IMG/VR virus record: IMGVR_UViG_3300024996_000142
Span: 1-43,798 of that record
Source: a virus
Lineage: Duplodnaviria; Caudoviricetes
DNA length: 43,798 bases
Reading direction: 5' to 3' (one strand)
A model generated the notes under the pieces. It saw nothing but the letters and a program-made list of their open reading frames with translations. It made no database searches and had not been told where the DNA came from. Below, piece after piece: positions 1 to 8,901 of the stretch; within the stretch, counting starts at the first letter, position 1; every line of letters starts with the position of its first letter. Made by a program: the position numbers and the translations under genes.

Positions 1-1149
1 CTAAGTGCCTGATTTGCTTTTCCGGGGATAGCTCGGGGATAAACCAGCCTCCAGACGCTCCATTTCCTGGTCATCCTGCTGGCCATCCAGCCACTTGGCG
101 TAGGTGCGCAGGAACACTTCGACCGAGTGCCCGAGCTGCCGGGCGCAGAACGCGGGGGTCATGCCAGCCATCAGCATGGCCGTGGCGTATGAGTGGCGCA
201 TGTTGTAGGGGCGTCTGTAGCGAATACCCAACGCTTTGAGCGTGGGCGTCCAGAAGGATCGGCGAAACGCACGCTCGTCGCCCCATTGATTTTTGTAGCG
301 CGGATCGCAGAACACCGGGCCGCCAGCCACTTGGGTGAACTGGCGTTGCCGCGCGAGCGCCGTGTAGGCTCGGCTGTTGAGTTTTACCAAGCGGGCAACC
401 GCCGTCTTGGTAGTGCTTTTGCGTTTGCCGCGCACCAGCGCCTCGGCGACCAGTGTCGTCTTGTCGTTCAAGTCCACGTTGGCCCAAGTCAGCCCAAAAA
501 TTTCCGAGGTGCGCATGCCGGTCCAAAACCAGAAATCCACGAGATTGGCGACCTGGCCGGGGTAGCGCTCGCTGAACTTGGCGATGATCTGCTCGGTCTC
601 GTCGCGCGTGAATGGGTCGGGTGGTGCCTTTTGGTGCTTGGCTCGTGGCACGTCAGCCGTGGGGTTGCCTTGCAGGATGCCATCAAGCACCGAAAGCTCC
701 AGGGCCTCGCGGAGCACTGAAACGTAGTTGTTGACGGTTTTCCCCGTGAGGTCGGGCCGTGTGGCTATCGCTCGCAGAACATCAGAATGCTTGAGCCCGA
801 CGAGTGATTTATCGCCAATCAAGGACCGCCAGAATCTGACTGCGCTGGTGTACCCGGCTCTGGTTGATTGCTCGACTCGCAGGCTGGCAAGCCAGGTGTC
901 GAGGTGATCGGCCACGGTCACGCCAGCATGGGTGTCGCCATCGACGGGGAAATACTCGGCCAGACTGAATGTGCCGAGTCTGATCTTCTCGCGGATTTCT
1001 GCCGCTAGACGCTCTGCGTAGCGGATGTTTCCGGGCGATGGTGGCAGTGGGGCTCCGTTGAGGTAGACGGTGCGCCGCTCCTGCCTGCCGCCGAGCGTGA
1101 ACGTGATCCGGATCGACCGGGCGCGGATGTCGATGCCCTTTCCACCCAC
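1..1149 (-). CDS. int: Tyrosine recombinase (phage integrase) with N-terminal arm-binding domain
   Basis: TGMRTSE (catalytic R), TTKT, YNMRHSYAT, LGHS and final Y motifs; AAGGAG RBS 7 nt before the GTG start. Confidence 0.95.
   Translation of the reverse strand: MGGKGIDIRARSIRITFTLGGRQERRTVYLNGAPLPPSPGNIRYAERLAAEIREKIRLGTFSLAEYFPVDGDTHAGVTVADHLDTWLASLRVEQSTRAGYTSAVRFWRSLIGDKSLVGLKHSDVLRAIATRPDLTGKTVNNYVSVLREALELSVLDGILQGNPTADVPRAKHQKAPPDPFTRDETEQIIAKFSERYPGQVANLVDFWFWTGMRTSEIFGLTWANVDLNDKTTLVAEALVRGKRKSTTKTAVARLVKLNSRAYTALARQRQFTQVAGGPVFCDPRYKNQWGDERAFRRSFWTPTLKALGIRYRRPYNMRHSYATAMLMAGMTPAFCARQLGHSVEVFLRTYAKWLDGQQDDQEMERLEAGLSPSYPRKSKSGT
22..45 (+). repeat. Tandem CGGGGATA repeats (11-bp period), probable integrase arm-type sites, left end
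   Basis: ccggggatagctcggggataaacc; the same pair recurs at 42090-42111. Confidence 0.7.
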
Positions 1150-1334
1150 TTGCTGACTCCTTGGACGCTGATGTAGATCCGACTGTCGGGGCCTCGACGA
1201 TACTCGCGCCCTTCAAGCCACGTACCATCCTGAATCTTGTTGCGGATGGCTTTTTCTGTCAATCCGGTGATCGCCGCGGCGAGGGAAATGGTGACGTACG
1301 GCGCCGGAGCTATGTTGACGGCGTTGGTTTCCAT
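1005..1334 (-). CDS. xis: Excisionase (winged HTH); C-terminus overlaps int
   Basis: YVTISLAAAITGLTEKAIRNKIQDGTWLEGREYRRGPDSRIYIS, directly upstream of int. Confidence 0.85.
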   Translation of the reverse strand: METNAVNIAPAPYVTISLAAAITGLTEKAIRNKIQDGTWLEGREYRRGPDSRIYISVQGVSKWVERASTSAPGRSGSRSRSAAGRSGAPSTSTEPHCHHRPETSATQSV

Positions 1335-1344
1335 GGTTCTGTCC

Positions 1345-2736
1345 TCAATGCGCGGTACGCCGCAAGGCGTCCAGCAGCAGGTCTTGCACGCTGCGCTTGG
1401 TCTCGAGGCGCGCCATCACCAGCTCGTCCACCGTGCCGGTGGCGACGATGTAGTGGTGGAACACCGCGCGCTCGTGCCCGGCTTGGGCTTGACGCACGGG
1501 GCCGATGCGCTCGGTGATCTGCTGGTGGTGCTCCAAGTCCCACCAGTGGTCGAAGGCGACGTAGTGGTGCCCGCCGTCTTGCAGGTTCAGGCCGTGCCCG
1601 GCGCTTTGGGCGTGGGCCACAAGCATGGGGATGCGCCCGGCGTTCCAGTCGCGGATGGTCTGCGGATCGTCATCGAGCATGCGCGCCTGGGGGAAGGCGC
1701 GCAGGATGCACTCACGGCTGGGCACCCAGTGGTAGCGCACCAGCAGCGGCGCGCCTGCCGCTTCCTGTGCGATGGATTCGAGCGCTTGCAGCTTGAGGTC
1801 GTGCGTCTCGGCCCAAGTGCCCTTGGGGCTTTCCAGGTAGACGAAGCCGCTCGCCATTTGCAGACACTTGGCAGATTTGGCGGCGGCGTTGAATGCCTCC
1901 ACCTGGTGCTCGCCGATCTGGGCGAACATCTCGCGCTGCATGCCCTGATATTGCTCGCGCGCCTTCGGTGGCAGCTCGATGCGCACGATGCTGACAATAG
2001 GTTCGCGCAGGTCAAACCAGTCGGCCGGGTTCAGCGACAGGGCCACGTCGGCGAGCAGCTCCTGCATTTGCTGCTGCGCGAAGGGCCGGGGCTTGAGCTC
2101 GCGTGCGGCGGGCGTATTGCCTACCGGGATGCTCTGGAACCAGCGGCTTTCGAAGGCGCTGAAGCTGGCGCCCAGTCGTTGGCCTTTGTCCAGGAACCAT
2201 GCCTGGCCCCACAGGTCTTGCAGGCCATTGGGCGACGGCGTGCCGGTGAGCTCGATGAAGCGACTGGCGTGGCGGTGCGCGACGCGGGCGAGCGCGCGGG
2301 CGCGCTGGCTGCCCTGGCGGGTGCGAAAGGACTTCAGGCGCGTGGATTCATCAGCGACGATCTTGCGAAACGGCCAGTGCTCACCCAACTGCTCCACCAG
2401 CCAGGGTAGCTGCTCGTAGTTGGTGGTGTAGATGTCTGCCTTGCGCTTAAGGGCCGCCTTGCGCTGGGCGGGGCTGCCGACGATGGGCTGCACGACAAGG
2501 CCCTGCAGGTGCGACCACTTGGCCGCCTCGTCGGGCCAGGTGCTGCGCGCCACGCGCAAGGGGGCGAGCACCAGCGCAGGGCCGGGCTCGGTGAGCTCGA
2601 GGGCGTGCAGCGCGGTGAGGGTGGCCACGCTCTTGCCCAAGCCCATGCCCGCCCACAGGGCGCAGCGCGGCACGTCCAGCATGTGATCGATCATCGCGCG
2701 CTGGTAGGGGCGCGGGGTGAATTCAGCGGGGGTCAC
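1345..2736 (-). CDS. SNF2-family (SF2) helicase
   Basis: GMGLGKS Walker A, DEST, LTGTP, SAGHGLNLQ, and ERIG...RQ motifs. Confidence 0.93.
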   Translation of the reverse strand: MTPAEFTPRPYQRAMIDHMLDVPRCALWAGMGLGKSVATLTALHALELTEPGPALVLAPLRVARSTWPDEAAKWSHLQGLVVQPIVGSPAQRKAALKRKADIYTTNYEQLPWLVEQLGEHWPFRKIVADESTRLKSFRTRQGSQRARALARVAHRHASRFIELTGTPSPNGLQDLWGQAWFLDKGQRLGASFSAFESRWFQSIPVGNTPAARELKPRPFAQQQMQELLADVALSLNPADWFDLREPIVSIVRIELPPKAREQYQGMQREMFAQIGEHQVEAFNAAAKSAKCLQMASGFVYLESPKGTWAETHDLKLQALESIAQEAAGAPLLVRYHWVPSRECILRAFPQARMLDDDPQTIRDWNAGRIPMLVAHAQSAGHGLNLQDGGHHYVAFDHWWDLEHHQQITERIGPVRQAQAGHERAVFHHYIVATGTVDELVMARLETKRSVQDLLLDALRRTAH

Positions 2737-3059
2737 TGCGCCAGTTCCTCCAAAAAGGCGTCCACCGCCTCGATGCTGCCCAGCACACGCACGTCTTGCC
2801 CGGCGGCGCGCATGCGTTGGTGCTCGCGCGCCTGGGCGGCGGTGGGTTTGCAGCCGGGCGCCTTGAGCTCAACCCAGACGACGCGGCCCTTGGGCTTGCA
2901 CCAGGCGCAGTCGATGCTGCCGGGAGCGGCTGTGCGCACAGGCCACATCACTACGCGGTCGGGCGCGCTGTTGCGCCCCAGCCATTGCAGCTTGCGCACC
3001 TGGCCGCCAGCGGCTTGCACGCCGCGCACCAGGTAACGTTCGACCACGGATTCCCTCAT
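2733..3059 (-). CDS. VRR-NUC domain nuclease
   Basis: MRESVVERYL...APDR...VELKAPG..PT..Q; start reassigned to ATG 3059. Confidence 0.88.
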   Translation of the reverse strand: MRESVVERYLVRGVQAAGGQVRKLQWLGRNSAPDRVVMWPVRTAAPGSIDCAWCKPKGRVVWVELKAPGCKPTAAQAREHQRMRAAGQDVRVLGSIEAVDAFLEELAQ

Positions 3060-3196
3060 GACGGGATGGCCCTCCAGCGGCTGCCCAGCAGGCGCACGCA
3101 GCGCACCCAGCGGCGGGCGTACAGGCGCCTTTGCGGCGCCGTCCATTCATAGGTGCGAAAGGCTCGGCGAAATTGGGCGAGGCGGGTGGTGTTCAT
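3056..3196 (-). CDS. Small basic hypothetical protein (46 aa, MNTTRLAQFRRAFRTYEW...)
   Basis: Translated by hand; fills the gap and has an ATGA overlap with the VRR-NUC start; below the ORF-track cutoff. Confidence 0.55.
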   Translation of the reverse strand: MNTTRLAQFRRAFRTYEWTAPQRRLYARRWVRCVRLLGSRWRAIPS

Positions 3197-3214
3197 GTCA
3201 GGCCCTCCGCGTCG

Positions 3215-3865
3215 TCATCGTCGTGGGCCCCGTCCAGCCCCGCAGCGTCGGGCGTGCAAGCCGCTGGCGGCCCACTCGGGGGTAAAGCGCTGCCCGGGCG
3301 CCAGCGCCACAACGTCCGGGCGCAGAGGCATGACCGCTCCGAAGAACTCGGGGCGCTCTGGGATGTGCACGCGGGCGCACGCTTGGCCGAAGGGGGTCAC
3401 GCGAAGCCACCCGGCAACGTCTTTCTTTTTGCCCAGTGCCTCGGCCATCTTGACGAAGGGCTCCAGCAGACGCTGGTCGAACTGCGCGGGCGAGGGGCTA
3501 GCGCCTTGCGTAGCGGTGGCGCGTCGCCAGTTGGGCGGCGTGAGTTGCTCATCGTGCCAGGTGAGCTGGCTGCCGCCCAAGCGCAGCGCGGGGGGCTCGC
3601 CTGGGATGAGCGCTACTGCGGCGCTGTTCTTGGCGGGTAGCTGGGCGATGGTGTCGCAGGGGATCAACAGGTTGAAGGGTTCGCACGCTGCGGCATCGCC
3701 CAAGCGCAATGCGGCGTGGTGTTGTCCGTTCGTGGCCCACAGGATCAGGCCCTGCGGGCTGCTCTCGACCCACACGCCGCGCAAAATCGAGCGCAGGTCT
3801 TTGGGGTTGGCAAAACGCGCCAGCGCGTGCAGCACTTGGGCGGGGCACAGTTCGATTTCGATCAT
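3215..3865 (-). CDS. DNA polymerase III beta-clamp-like protein (about 216 aa)
   Basis: A..KDLRSILRGV...LWATNGQH and PNWRR motifs resemble DnaN central and C-terminal segments; follows the pol gene. Confidence 0.65.
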   Translation of the reverse strand: MIEIELCPAQVLHALARFANPKDLRSILRGVWVESSPQGLILWATNGQHHAALRLGDAAACEPFNLLIPCDTIAQLPAKNSAAVALIPGEPPALRLGGSQLTWHDEQLTPPNWRRATATQGASPSPAQFDQRLLEPFVKMAEALGKKKDVAGWLRVTPFGQACARVHIPERPEFFGAVMPLRPDVVALAPGQRFTPEWAASGLHARRCGAGRGPRR

Positions 3866-3866
3866 G

Positions 3867-5930
3867 TCACTCTTTCTTGTAGGCATGGGCCTCGAAGCCC
3901 GCCGCGGCCAGCGGCAGGCCATCGGCCCATGCGGGGTTGCTGGCCATCAGTGCGGCCAAGTGGGGGTGGTTGAACTCGGGGGTGTCGGGCGCTTCGCACA
4001 GCACTTCGTCGTGCACGGTGAGCACGATGCGGTAGCCTGCGGCCTCGACCTCGGGCATGCTGGCGGCAAGCACGTCGCGCGCGGCGGCCTGGGTGACGTT
4101 TTCCGCCAGCTTGCCGCCGTAGGTGGCCAGGCGCGACCACTTGCGGCTGTACTGGTTCACGCCCAGATAGGTGAGCTTGCCCTCTGCGTTCAGGGCCGCG
4201 CCGGGGTAGCACAGCGTGCGCCCCGAGGGCAGGCCGATGCGCAGCCAGGAACCGCTCTTGGCCACGAGCAGGCGGCCGCATTCGAGCGTGACGCCGGGGC
4301 GCTCCAGCGCCCGCGTGCAGGTGTCTTGCAGCGCGCGCCACAGCGCGACGGTGGCGGGATGGGCGGCGCGCCACAGGCGCTTGATGCCGTCGCAGGCGAT
4401 GAAGGTGTCGCTGCCCAGGCCGAAGTCGCCCAGCTTTTGCGCGCGCCGCCAGTCGAGGAAATCAGCCGCCTCGGCGCGCACGCTGGGCGGGATGCTGGGC
4501 CAGGCGGCTTCGGCCATGGCGTGCAGGTCGATGCCATAGCTGGCGGCCCCGGTGAGGAAGGCGCCGACGCCGCCCTCGTAGCCCAGCATCAGCTCTTGCA
4601 CCTTGCCGATCTGGCGCTGGTGTTTGTCCACGCTGTCGGGCGTGACGGCGAAGGACTTGGCGTAGGCGAGCTTGTAGAGGTCGGGGCCGGTGCCCGCGTC
4701 GTAATCGCGAAAAGCCCTCAGCTTCCAGTTCTCGCCCGCCAGCCAGGCAAGCACCCGGCCCTCGATGTTGGCCAGGTCGGCCACGACCAGCTTGCGGCCG
4801 GGCGGCGCGATGATGGCGCCGCGCACGGCATTGCTGGCCAGCTCCATCACGTTGTCGGTGAGCAGGTCGGCGCAGCCGAGCTTGAAGCCCTCGATGCCCG
4901 CATCGATCTCGGCCTGGGGCAGGCTGGCGCGGGCGAGGTTCTGAGGCTGAAACAGGCGCCCGGCCCAGCGCCCGGTGCGGCTGGCCCCACAGAATTGCAG
5001 CGTGCCGCGCAGCCTGCCGTCCGTGCTGGTGGCGGCCAGCAGGGTTTTGTATTTGGCGGTGCTGGTGGTGGTGGCTTGCAGGCGCACGGCCAGCAGCTCG
5101 CGCAGGTGAGCGGGCAGGTCAGGGTCTTGCAGGCGGCGCTCGAGCGTGCTTTTTTGCAGGTCAGGCAGTTGCACGCCGTGCTCGGCCAGCAGGTGCGCCA
5201 GCAGCGCGTCGCGCTGGGTGGCCGCTTGCACGGCGCCGCCGGTCAGGTGCTGGGCGCGGCGGGCCAGGTGCTTTTGTTCGGTGGCGACGGCGGCCACGGC
5301 CCCCCGCACCAGGTCAAGATCGATGGCCACGCCCCGGTCGTTGATGCGCTGATCCAGGCACCACAGGGCGCGCTCGTCGCTGGTGTCGTTCCAGCGTGGC
5401 ATCTTGCGGTAGAGCACGCGCATGGCCTCGACGTCCAGGCGCGCGTATTCGATGAAGCGTGCCCATTCGGCGGGGTGCGTCTCGCGCGTGGCGCGCTCGA
5501 TCTTGCTGGTCTTGGGCCGAGGCTTGCAGAACAGGTGGATGAGCTGGCGACCGTCCTTGTCTTTTGCCTGATCGACGGGCAGCTTGAAAATCTCGCATAA
5601 CGCGCCCAGCGAACCCGGCAGCGAGTGGGCCAGCGCCTGCACCATGGTGTCGTCGATGCGCTCGGGCGGCAAATCGATGCCCAGCGCGTGGCGCAGTACC
5701 GTGCGGTCGAAGGCGCTGTTGTGGATCACGACGCGGGTGGTGGGGCTCAGCAGGGCGCCGCTGAGGGCGGCCGGCATGGCGTGGCCGGTGGTTAGATCGG
5801 CCACCTGCACCGGCGCGTCGTCCAGCGCCCAGGCGATCAACATCACCTCGGCTCGCGCGGCGTAGCGGTGTGTGCCGTGGGTGATGGGCACGTCGCTGAA
5901 GGTTTCCAGATCACACCAGAGCGTGTTCAC
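3867..5930 (-). CDS. Family A DNA polymerase with 3'-5' exonuclease domain
   Basis: DLET exo I, HNSAFD, RTGRW, motif A ADLANIEGR, motif B RQIGKVQELMLGY, motif C VHDE; GTG start overlaps the HNH stop. Confidence 0.95.
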   Translation of the reverse strand: MNTLWCDLETFSDVPITHGTHRYAARAEVMLIAWALDDAPVQVADLTTGHAMPAALSGALLSPTTRVVIHNSAFDRTVLRHALGIDLPPERIDDTMVQALAHSLPGSLGALCEIFKLPVDQAKDKDGRQLIHLFCKPRPKTSKIERATRETHPAEWARFIEYARLDVEAMRVLYRKMPRWNDTSDERALWCLDQRINDRGVAIDLDLVRGAVAAVATEQKHLARRAQHLTGGAVQAATQRDALLAHLLAEHGVQLPDLQKSTLERRLQDPDLPAHLRELLAVRLQATTTSTAKYKTLLAATSTDGRLRGTLQFCGASRTGRWAGRLFQPQNLARASLPQAEIDAGIEGFKLGCADLLTDNVMELASNAVRGAIIAPPGRKLVVADLANIEGRVLAWLAGENWKLRAFRDYDAGTGPDLYKLAYAKSFAVTPDSVDKHQRQIGKVQELMLGYEGGVGAFLTGAASYGIDLHAMAEAAWPSIPPSVRAEAADFLDWRRAQKLGDFGLGSDTFIACDGIKRLWRAAHPATVALWRALQDTCTRALERPGVTLECGRLLVAKSGSWLRIGLPSGRTLCYPGAALNAEGKLTYLGVNQYSRKWSRLATYGGKLAENVTQAAARDVLAASMPEVEAAGYRIVLTVHDEVLCEAPDTPEFNHPHLAALMASNPAWADGLPLAAAGFEAHAYKKE

Positions 5931-6331
5931 TTTCGCCTCCACCGGGCGCCTACAAGCCATACGGGGGTCTTCCGGACCCCCGCGGCGTAGTCCATACGCA
6001 GGTTTTCACTCCGCGTGCCGTAGGCGAGGTTTGCCAGGCGGTTGTCGCTTGGCGTATGGTTGAGGTGCAGAACTTCGTGGCCTGCGGGGCGAGGCCCCAC
6101 AAATGCCTCCAAAACAAGCTGATGCACCTGCCGAGAGTTGCCCTTGCCGATGGCGACTGAAAGGTGGCCTGACTTCTGCGCCCCGGGACGCAAAAGGCGA
6201 CCCGGCGAAAGGCGAGTTGCTTCCCTGCCGCGCACGACCACGCGCACGCGGTGCGGGATTGAGCGCACGCGGCCTTCATCGCTCACCTGGTACCGGCCTT
6301 CGTGGCCGGGCACATTTCGCCAAGTTTCCAC
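5927..6331 (-). CDS. NUMOD4-HNH endonuclease
   Basis: ETWRNVPGHEGRYQVSDEGRVRS (NUMOD4) plus VHQLVLEAF...HLN...DNRLANL..GTRSEN; GTG start with AAGGA RBS. Confidence 0.9.
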   Translation of the reverse strand: METWRNVPGHEGRYQVSDEGRVRSIPHRVRVVVRGREATRLSPGRLLRPGAQKSGHLSVAIGKGNSRQVHQLVLEAFVGPRPAGHEVLHLNHTPSDNRLANLAYGTRSENLRMDYAAGVRKTPVWLVGARWRRK

Positions 6332-6355
6332 TTCAACTTTCCTTTCTTTGCTATC

Positions 6356-6446
6356 GCTTTCAAAGCAGCACAAACCCGTATCCGGGGCTCTCCTGCTGGG
6401 AGACTTTGTGGCGCCAGCAGCGCCGTCGTTGTGCCGTCTTGAAAGC
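6356..6446 (-). ncRNA. Putative structured cis-RNA element (18-bp outer stem enclosing three hairpins)
   Basis: Hand-folded on the minus strand; outer stem has 17 of 18 positions paired, including two G-U pairs. Confidence 0.5.
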
Positions 6447-6476
6447 ACCCGGCGCCAGGGCCGGGGCGCTTGGAGG

Positions 6477-7025
6477 TCAGGTCAGGGCTTCGGCGTCCGC
6501 ACCTTCGCTCACGTCGTCGAACTCATCGTCGCTGGCGGGGGCGCTACCGGCGAAGGCGTCGCCATCGCGCAGGAACTGCACGCCGCGCAGGCTGGCGTTC
6601 ACGCGCTTGCCGTAGTTGTTGTCTTGCGGCCAGAGCTCGATGCTGGCATTGACGTAGCAACCAGCGTAGGGCTTGCCGTCCTTCTCGGTGAGCGGCGTCT
6701 TGTCGGCATCCAGCACCAGCGGGCGCGTGGCGCTTCTGGCGCTGATGAAGAGCATCCCGGCAAAGCCGTCATAGGCGCTCTTGAGATCGCCGTCGTGCAG
6801 GCACAGCTTGTCGCCCGCACGCATCTGCTTGAGGTAGGCGTCGGCCTTGGCGCCCCACTTGTCCTTGGCGACGGCCTCGATCGCCTGGTTGATGGCCTTG
6901 ATCTGCGGGCTGCCCGCATCGATGAGGAAGACGGCGGAGAAGGCGGGCTTGCCCTCGCCGTTGACGGTCTTGGCCTCGTACAGTGCCGGGAAGGCCAGGC
7001 GGACGTTGCTGAGTTTGACTTTCAT
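6477..7025 (-). CDS. DUF2815 family ssDNA-binding protein
   Basis: MKVKLSNVRLAFP...YAGCYVNASI...GVQFLRDGDAF with an acidic tail. Confidence 0.9.
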   Translation of the reverse strand: MKVKLSNVRLAFPALYEAKTVNGEGKPAFSAVFLIDAGSPQIKAINQAIEAVAKDKWGAKADAYLKQMRAGDKLCLHDGDLKSAYDGFAGMLFISARSATRPLVLDADKTPLTEKDGKPYAGCYVNASIELWPQDNNYGKRVNASLRGVQFLRDGDAFAGSAPASDDEFDDVSEGADAEALT

Positions 7026-7210
7026 GGTTGGCTCCTGAAGTGCTGCGGGTTGAAAAGCTTGGCGCGGCGGGTGACTTCCTCCACCGCCTTGAGGCGGGCG
7101 AGGGGATCGCCCGGGGGGTTTTCGGTGAGGCTGGCACGGCGCAGTTGCTCGGCCCATGGCGCGGGCAGCACGCGGGCCAGCGGTGGCAGAAAGGGCGTGG
7201 GCTGGCTCAC
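7022..7210 (-). CDS. Hypothetical phage protein (62 aa)
   Basis: Overlaps both neighbours by 4 bp. Confidence 0.65.
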   Translation of the reverse strand: MSQPTPFLPPLARVLPAPWAEQLRRASLTENPPGDPLARLKAVEEVTRRAKLFNPQHFRSQP

Positions 7211-8463
7211 GTGAGCGCCTCTTGCGTGACGTCGGCAAAATCATCCGCCGTGGCGGCGAGACCCAGCGCAGGGCGTTTGTCGGCTTCGGGCGCGACGCTG
7301 GGTGCGCCATCGTCTTGCGTGATCAGCGCTTGCAACTTGGGCCACTGGCGAGGGCCGATACCACCTGCCTTGTGCAGCTTCTCGGCGCTGGTGGGGCTGA
7401 TCAACTTGAGCTCGTACATCTCCTCTGTCTTCAGGCGCATGGCCTTGAGCATCGCCTCGGCTTCGTCGCCGTTGGCCCACTTGCGCGCGCCCTTGCGCCC
7501 GGCCACCAGCTTGAAACCGGGGACGGGCGCACCCGCGAGCAGGCGCGTTTCGACTTCGGCGCGCACGGCCTTGAGCCAAATTTCCACCAGCGGCGCGTTG
7601 GCCATGCAGCGCCCGAGCGCGGCGCCGTCCAGCGTGGCCACCGACGTGCTGGCCTGCTGCAGTGGCTGGGCCAGTTCTTGCGTGGCGACGTCAAAGTCGT
7701 CCACCACGGCTGCCAGAGCGTGCTTGGCCAGCGCTGCGCAGGTGGCGCGCGCCGGGCAGAAGCGGCACTGCTCGATGCCAGGGTGGTAGTCGCTTTCCTG
7801 CGCGCCGTCGCGCAGCAGGCGCAGCGCGTGCTCGCCGCCCTGGCGGATGCGCGGTGCCATGGCGCGCAGACTCTGGGCGGGCAGGGTCCAGCTTGCGACG
7901 TGATCCAGACGCGGCTGCACGATGGTCATCGTCACTTCCTCGAGCTCTCCCAGCGGGTCGAGCGAAGCGAGCGTGCCCAGCGCGTAGAGCGCGAGCTGCA
8001 GGTTGTCTTCGGCCTGCACGCGCACGCCCCGGCCCCACTTGAGGTCGATGACGTGCAGCCGCTCGCCCTCGATCACCACGGCGTCGGCGGTGCCTTGGGC
8101 GCCTTCTTCGCCGGTGATGGCGCCGATGCTGAGCGCCTGCTCGATGAAGAGCTCGGCGGCGGGCGCCAGGCTGGAGCGCGGGCCGGAGGCTGTGCGCACG
8201 AAGTCAACGTAGTTTTGCAGCGCGGGCAAGTCGCCTTCGCTGAGGGCCACGTGCGAACCATCGGCGAGCTCGTGCGTGGTGCTGGCCAGCGCGGTGACGT
8301 CCAGGTGTTGCGTGAGCGCCTGCGCGGCGATTTCGTGCGCCAGCGTGCCTTCCAGAGCGTGCTCGCTGGGCACGTCCGGGATGCCTTGGCTGGCGAGCAC
8401 GCTGGCCGGACAGGCCATCCAGCGGTGTGCGCTGGACGGGGAGAGCAGGGCGTGTTGGCTCAT
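7207..8463 (-). CDS. DUF2800 Cas4-like PD-(D/E)xK exonuclease with Fe-S cysteines
   Basis: SPSSAHRWMAC, GTLAHE, GTAD, IDLKWG, QLALYA and CRFCPARATC motifs. Confidence 0.9.
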   Translation of the reverse strand: MSQHALLSPSSAHRWMACPASVLASQGIPDVPSEHALEGTLAHEIAAQALTQHLDVTALASTTHELADGSHVALSEGDLPALQNYVDFVRTASGPRSSLAPAAELFIEQALSIGAITGEEGAQGTADAVVIEGERLHVIDLKWGRGVRVQAEDNLQLALYALGTLASLDPLGELEEVTMTIVQPRLDHVASWTLPAQSLRAMAPRIRQGGEHALRLLRDGAQESDYHPGIEQCRFCPARATCAALAKHALAAVVDDFDVATQELAQPLQQASTSVATLDGAALGRCMANAPLVEIWLKAVRAEVETRLLAGAPVPGFKLVAGRKGARKWANGDEAEAMLKAMRLKTEEMYELKLISPTSAEKLHKAGGIGPRQWPKLQALITQDDGAPSVAPEADKRPALGLAATADDFADVTQEALT

Positions 8464-8891
8464 TGCACGGCCTCGGCTTGTGCGGCCTGCTGGCAGGCGG
8501 CGATGACCTGGGCGAACTGCTCGGGCTTGACGTCCTTGAGGCTTGTGGCTTTGAAACTCGCCAGCACGTCCACGGCCACCTGGCGGCCTCGGGCCTTCAC
8601 CAGCGCATTGACGGCGGCGGCCGTCGTGGCGTAGTCGGGGGCGCCTTCGGCTTCGGTTTTTGCAGGCTTGGTTGCCTTTGCGGGCGGGGTCTCGGGTTCT
8701 GCGGGCTTCTTGGCTTCAGGCGCGGTTTTCTCTTCGGTTTGGGGTTGCTCGGCGTTAAGCGCCTTGATGTTGACGTCCACCTCTTCGGGCGTGGGCTGGC
8801 TCAGGGCCAGGCCGCTTTGCAGGTGGGCCAGCAGGGCGTGCAGGGCGTGGAGGGCGGCGGTGTTCTCGGCCAGGGCGAGTTCGAGGCTCAT
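8460..8891 (-). CDS. Hypothetical phage protein (N-terminal helix, P/A/K/E linker, small C-terminal helical domain)
   Basis: MSLELALAENTAAL...GRQVAVDVLASFKATSLKDV; typical neighbour of DUF2800; start reassigned. Confidence 0.75.
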   Translation of the reverse strand: MSLELALAENTAALHALHALLAHLQSGLALSQPTPEEVDVNIKALNAEQPQTEEKTAPEAKKPAEPETPPAKATKPAKTEAEGAPDYATTAAAVNALVKARGRQVAVDVLASFKATSLKDVKPEQFAQVIAACQQAAQAEAVQ

Positions 8892-8901
8892 GGGTATGCT
8901 C

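Noticed and set aside
1237-5600. Long plus-strand ORFs (1237-2409, 3153-5600) and similar antisense ORFs elsewhere, such as 21874-23895 and 33306-35357
   Set aside because: Antisense shadows of well-supported genes, expected from high-GC codon bias; no motifs
5927-6476. Group I intron carrying the HNH
   Set aside because: The HNH lies between intact genes and the structured region is only about 90-115 nt, too small for a catalytic core
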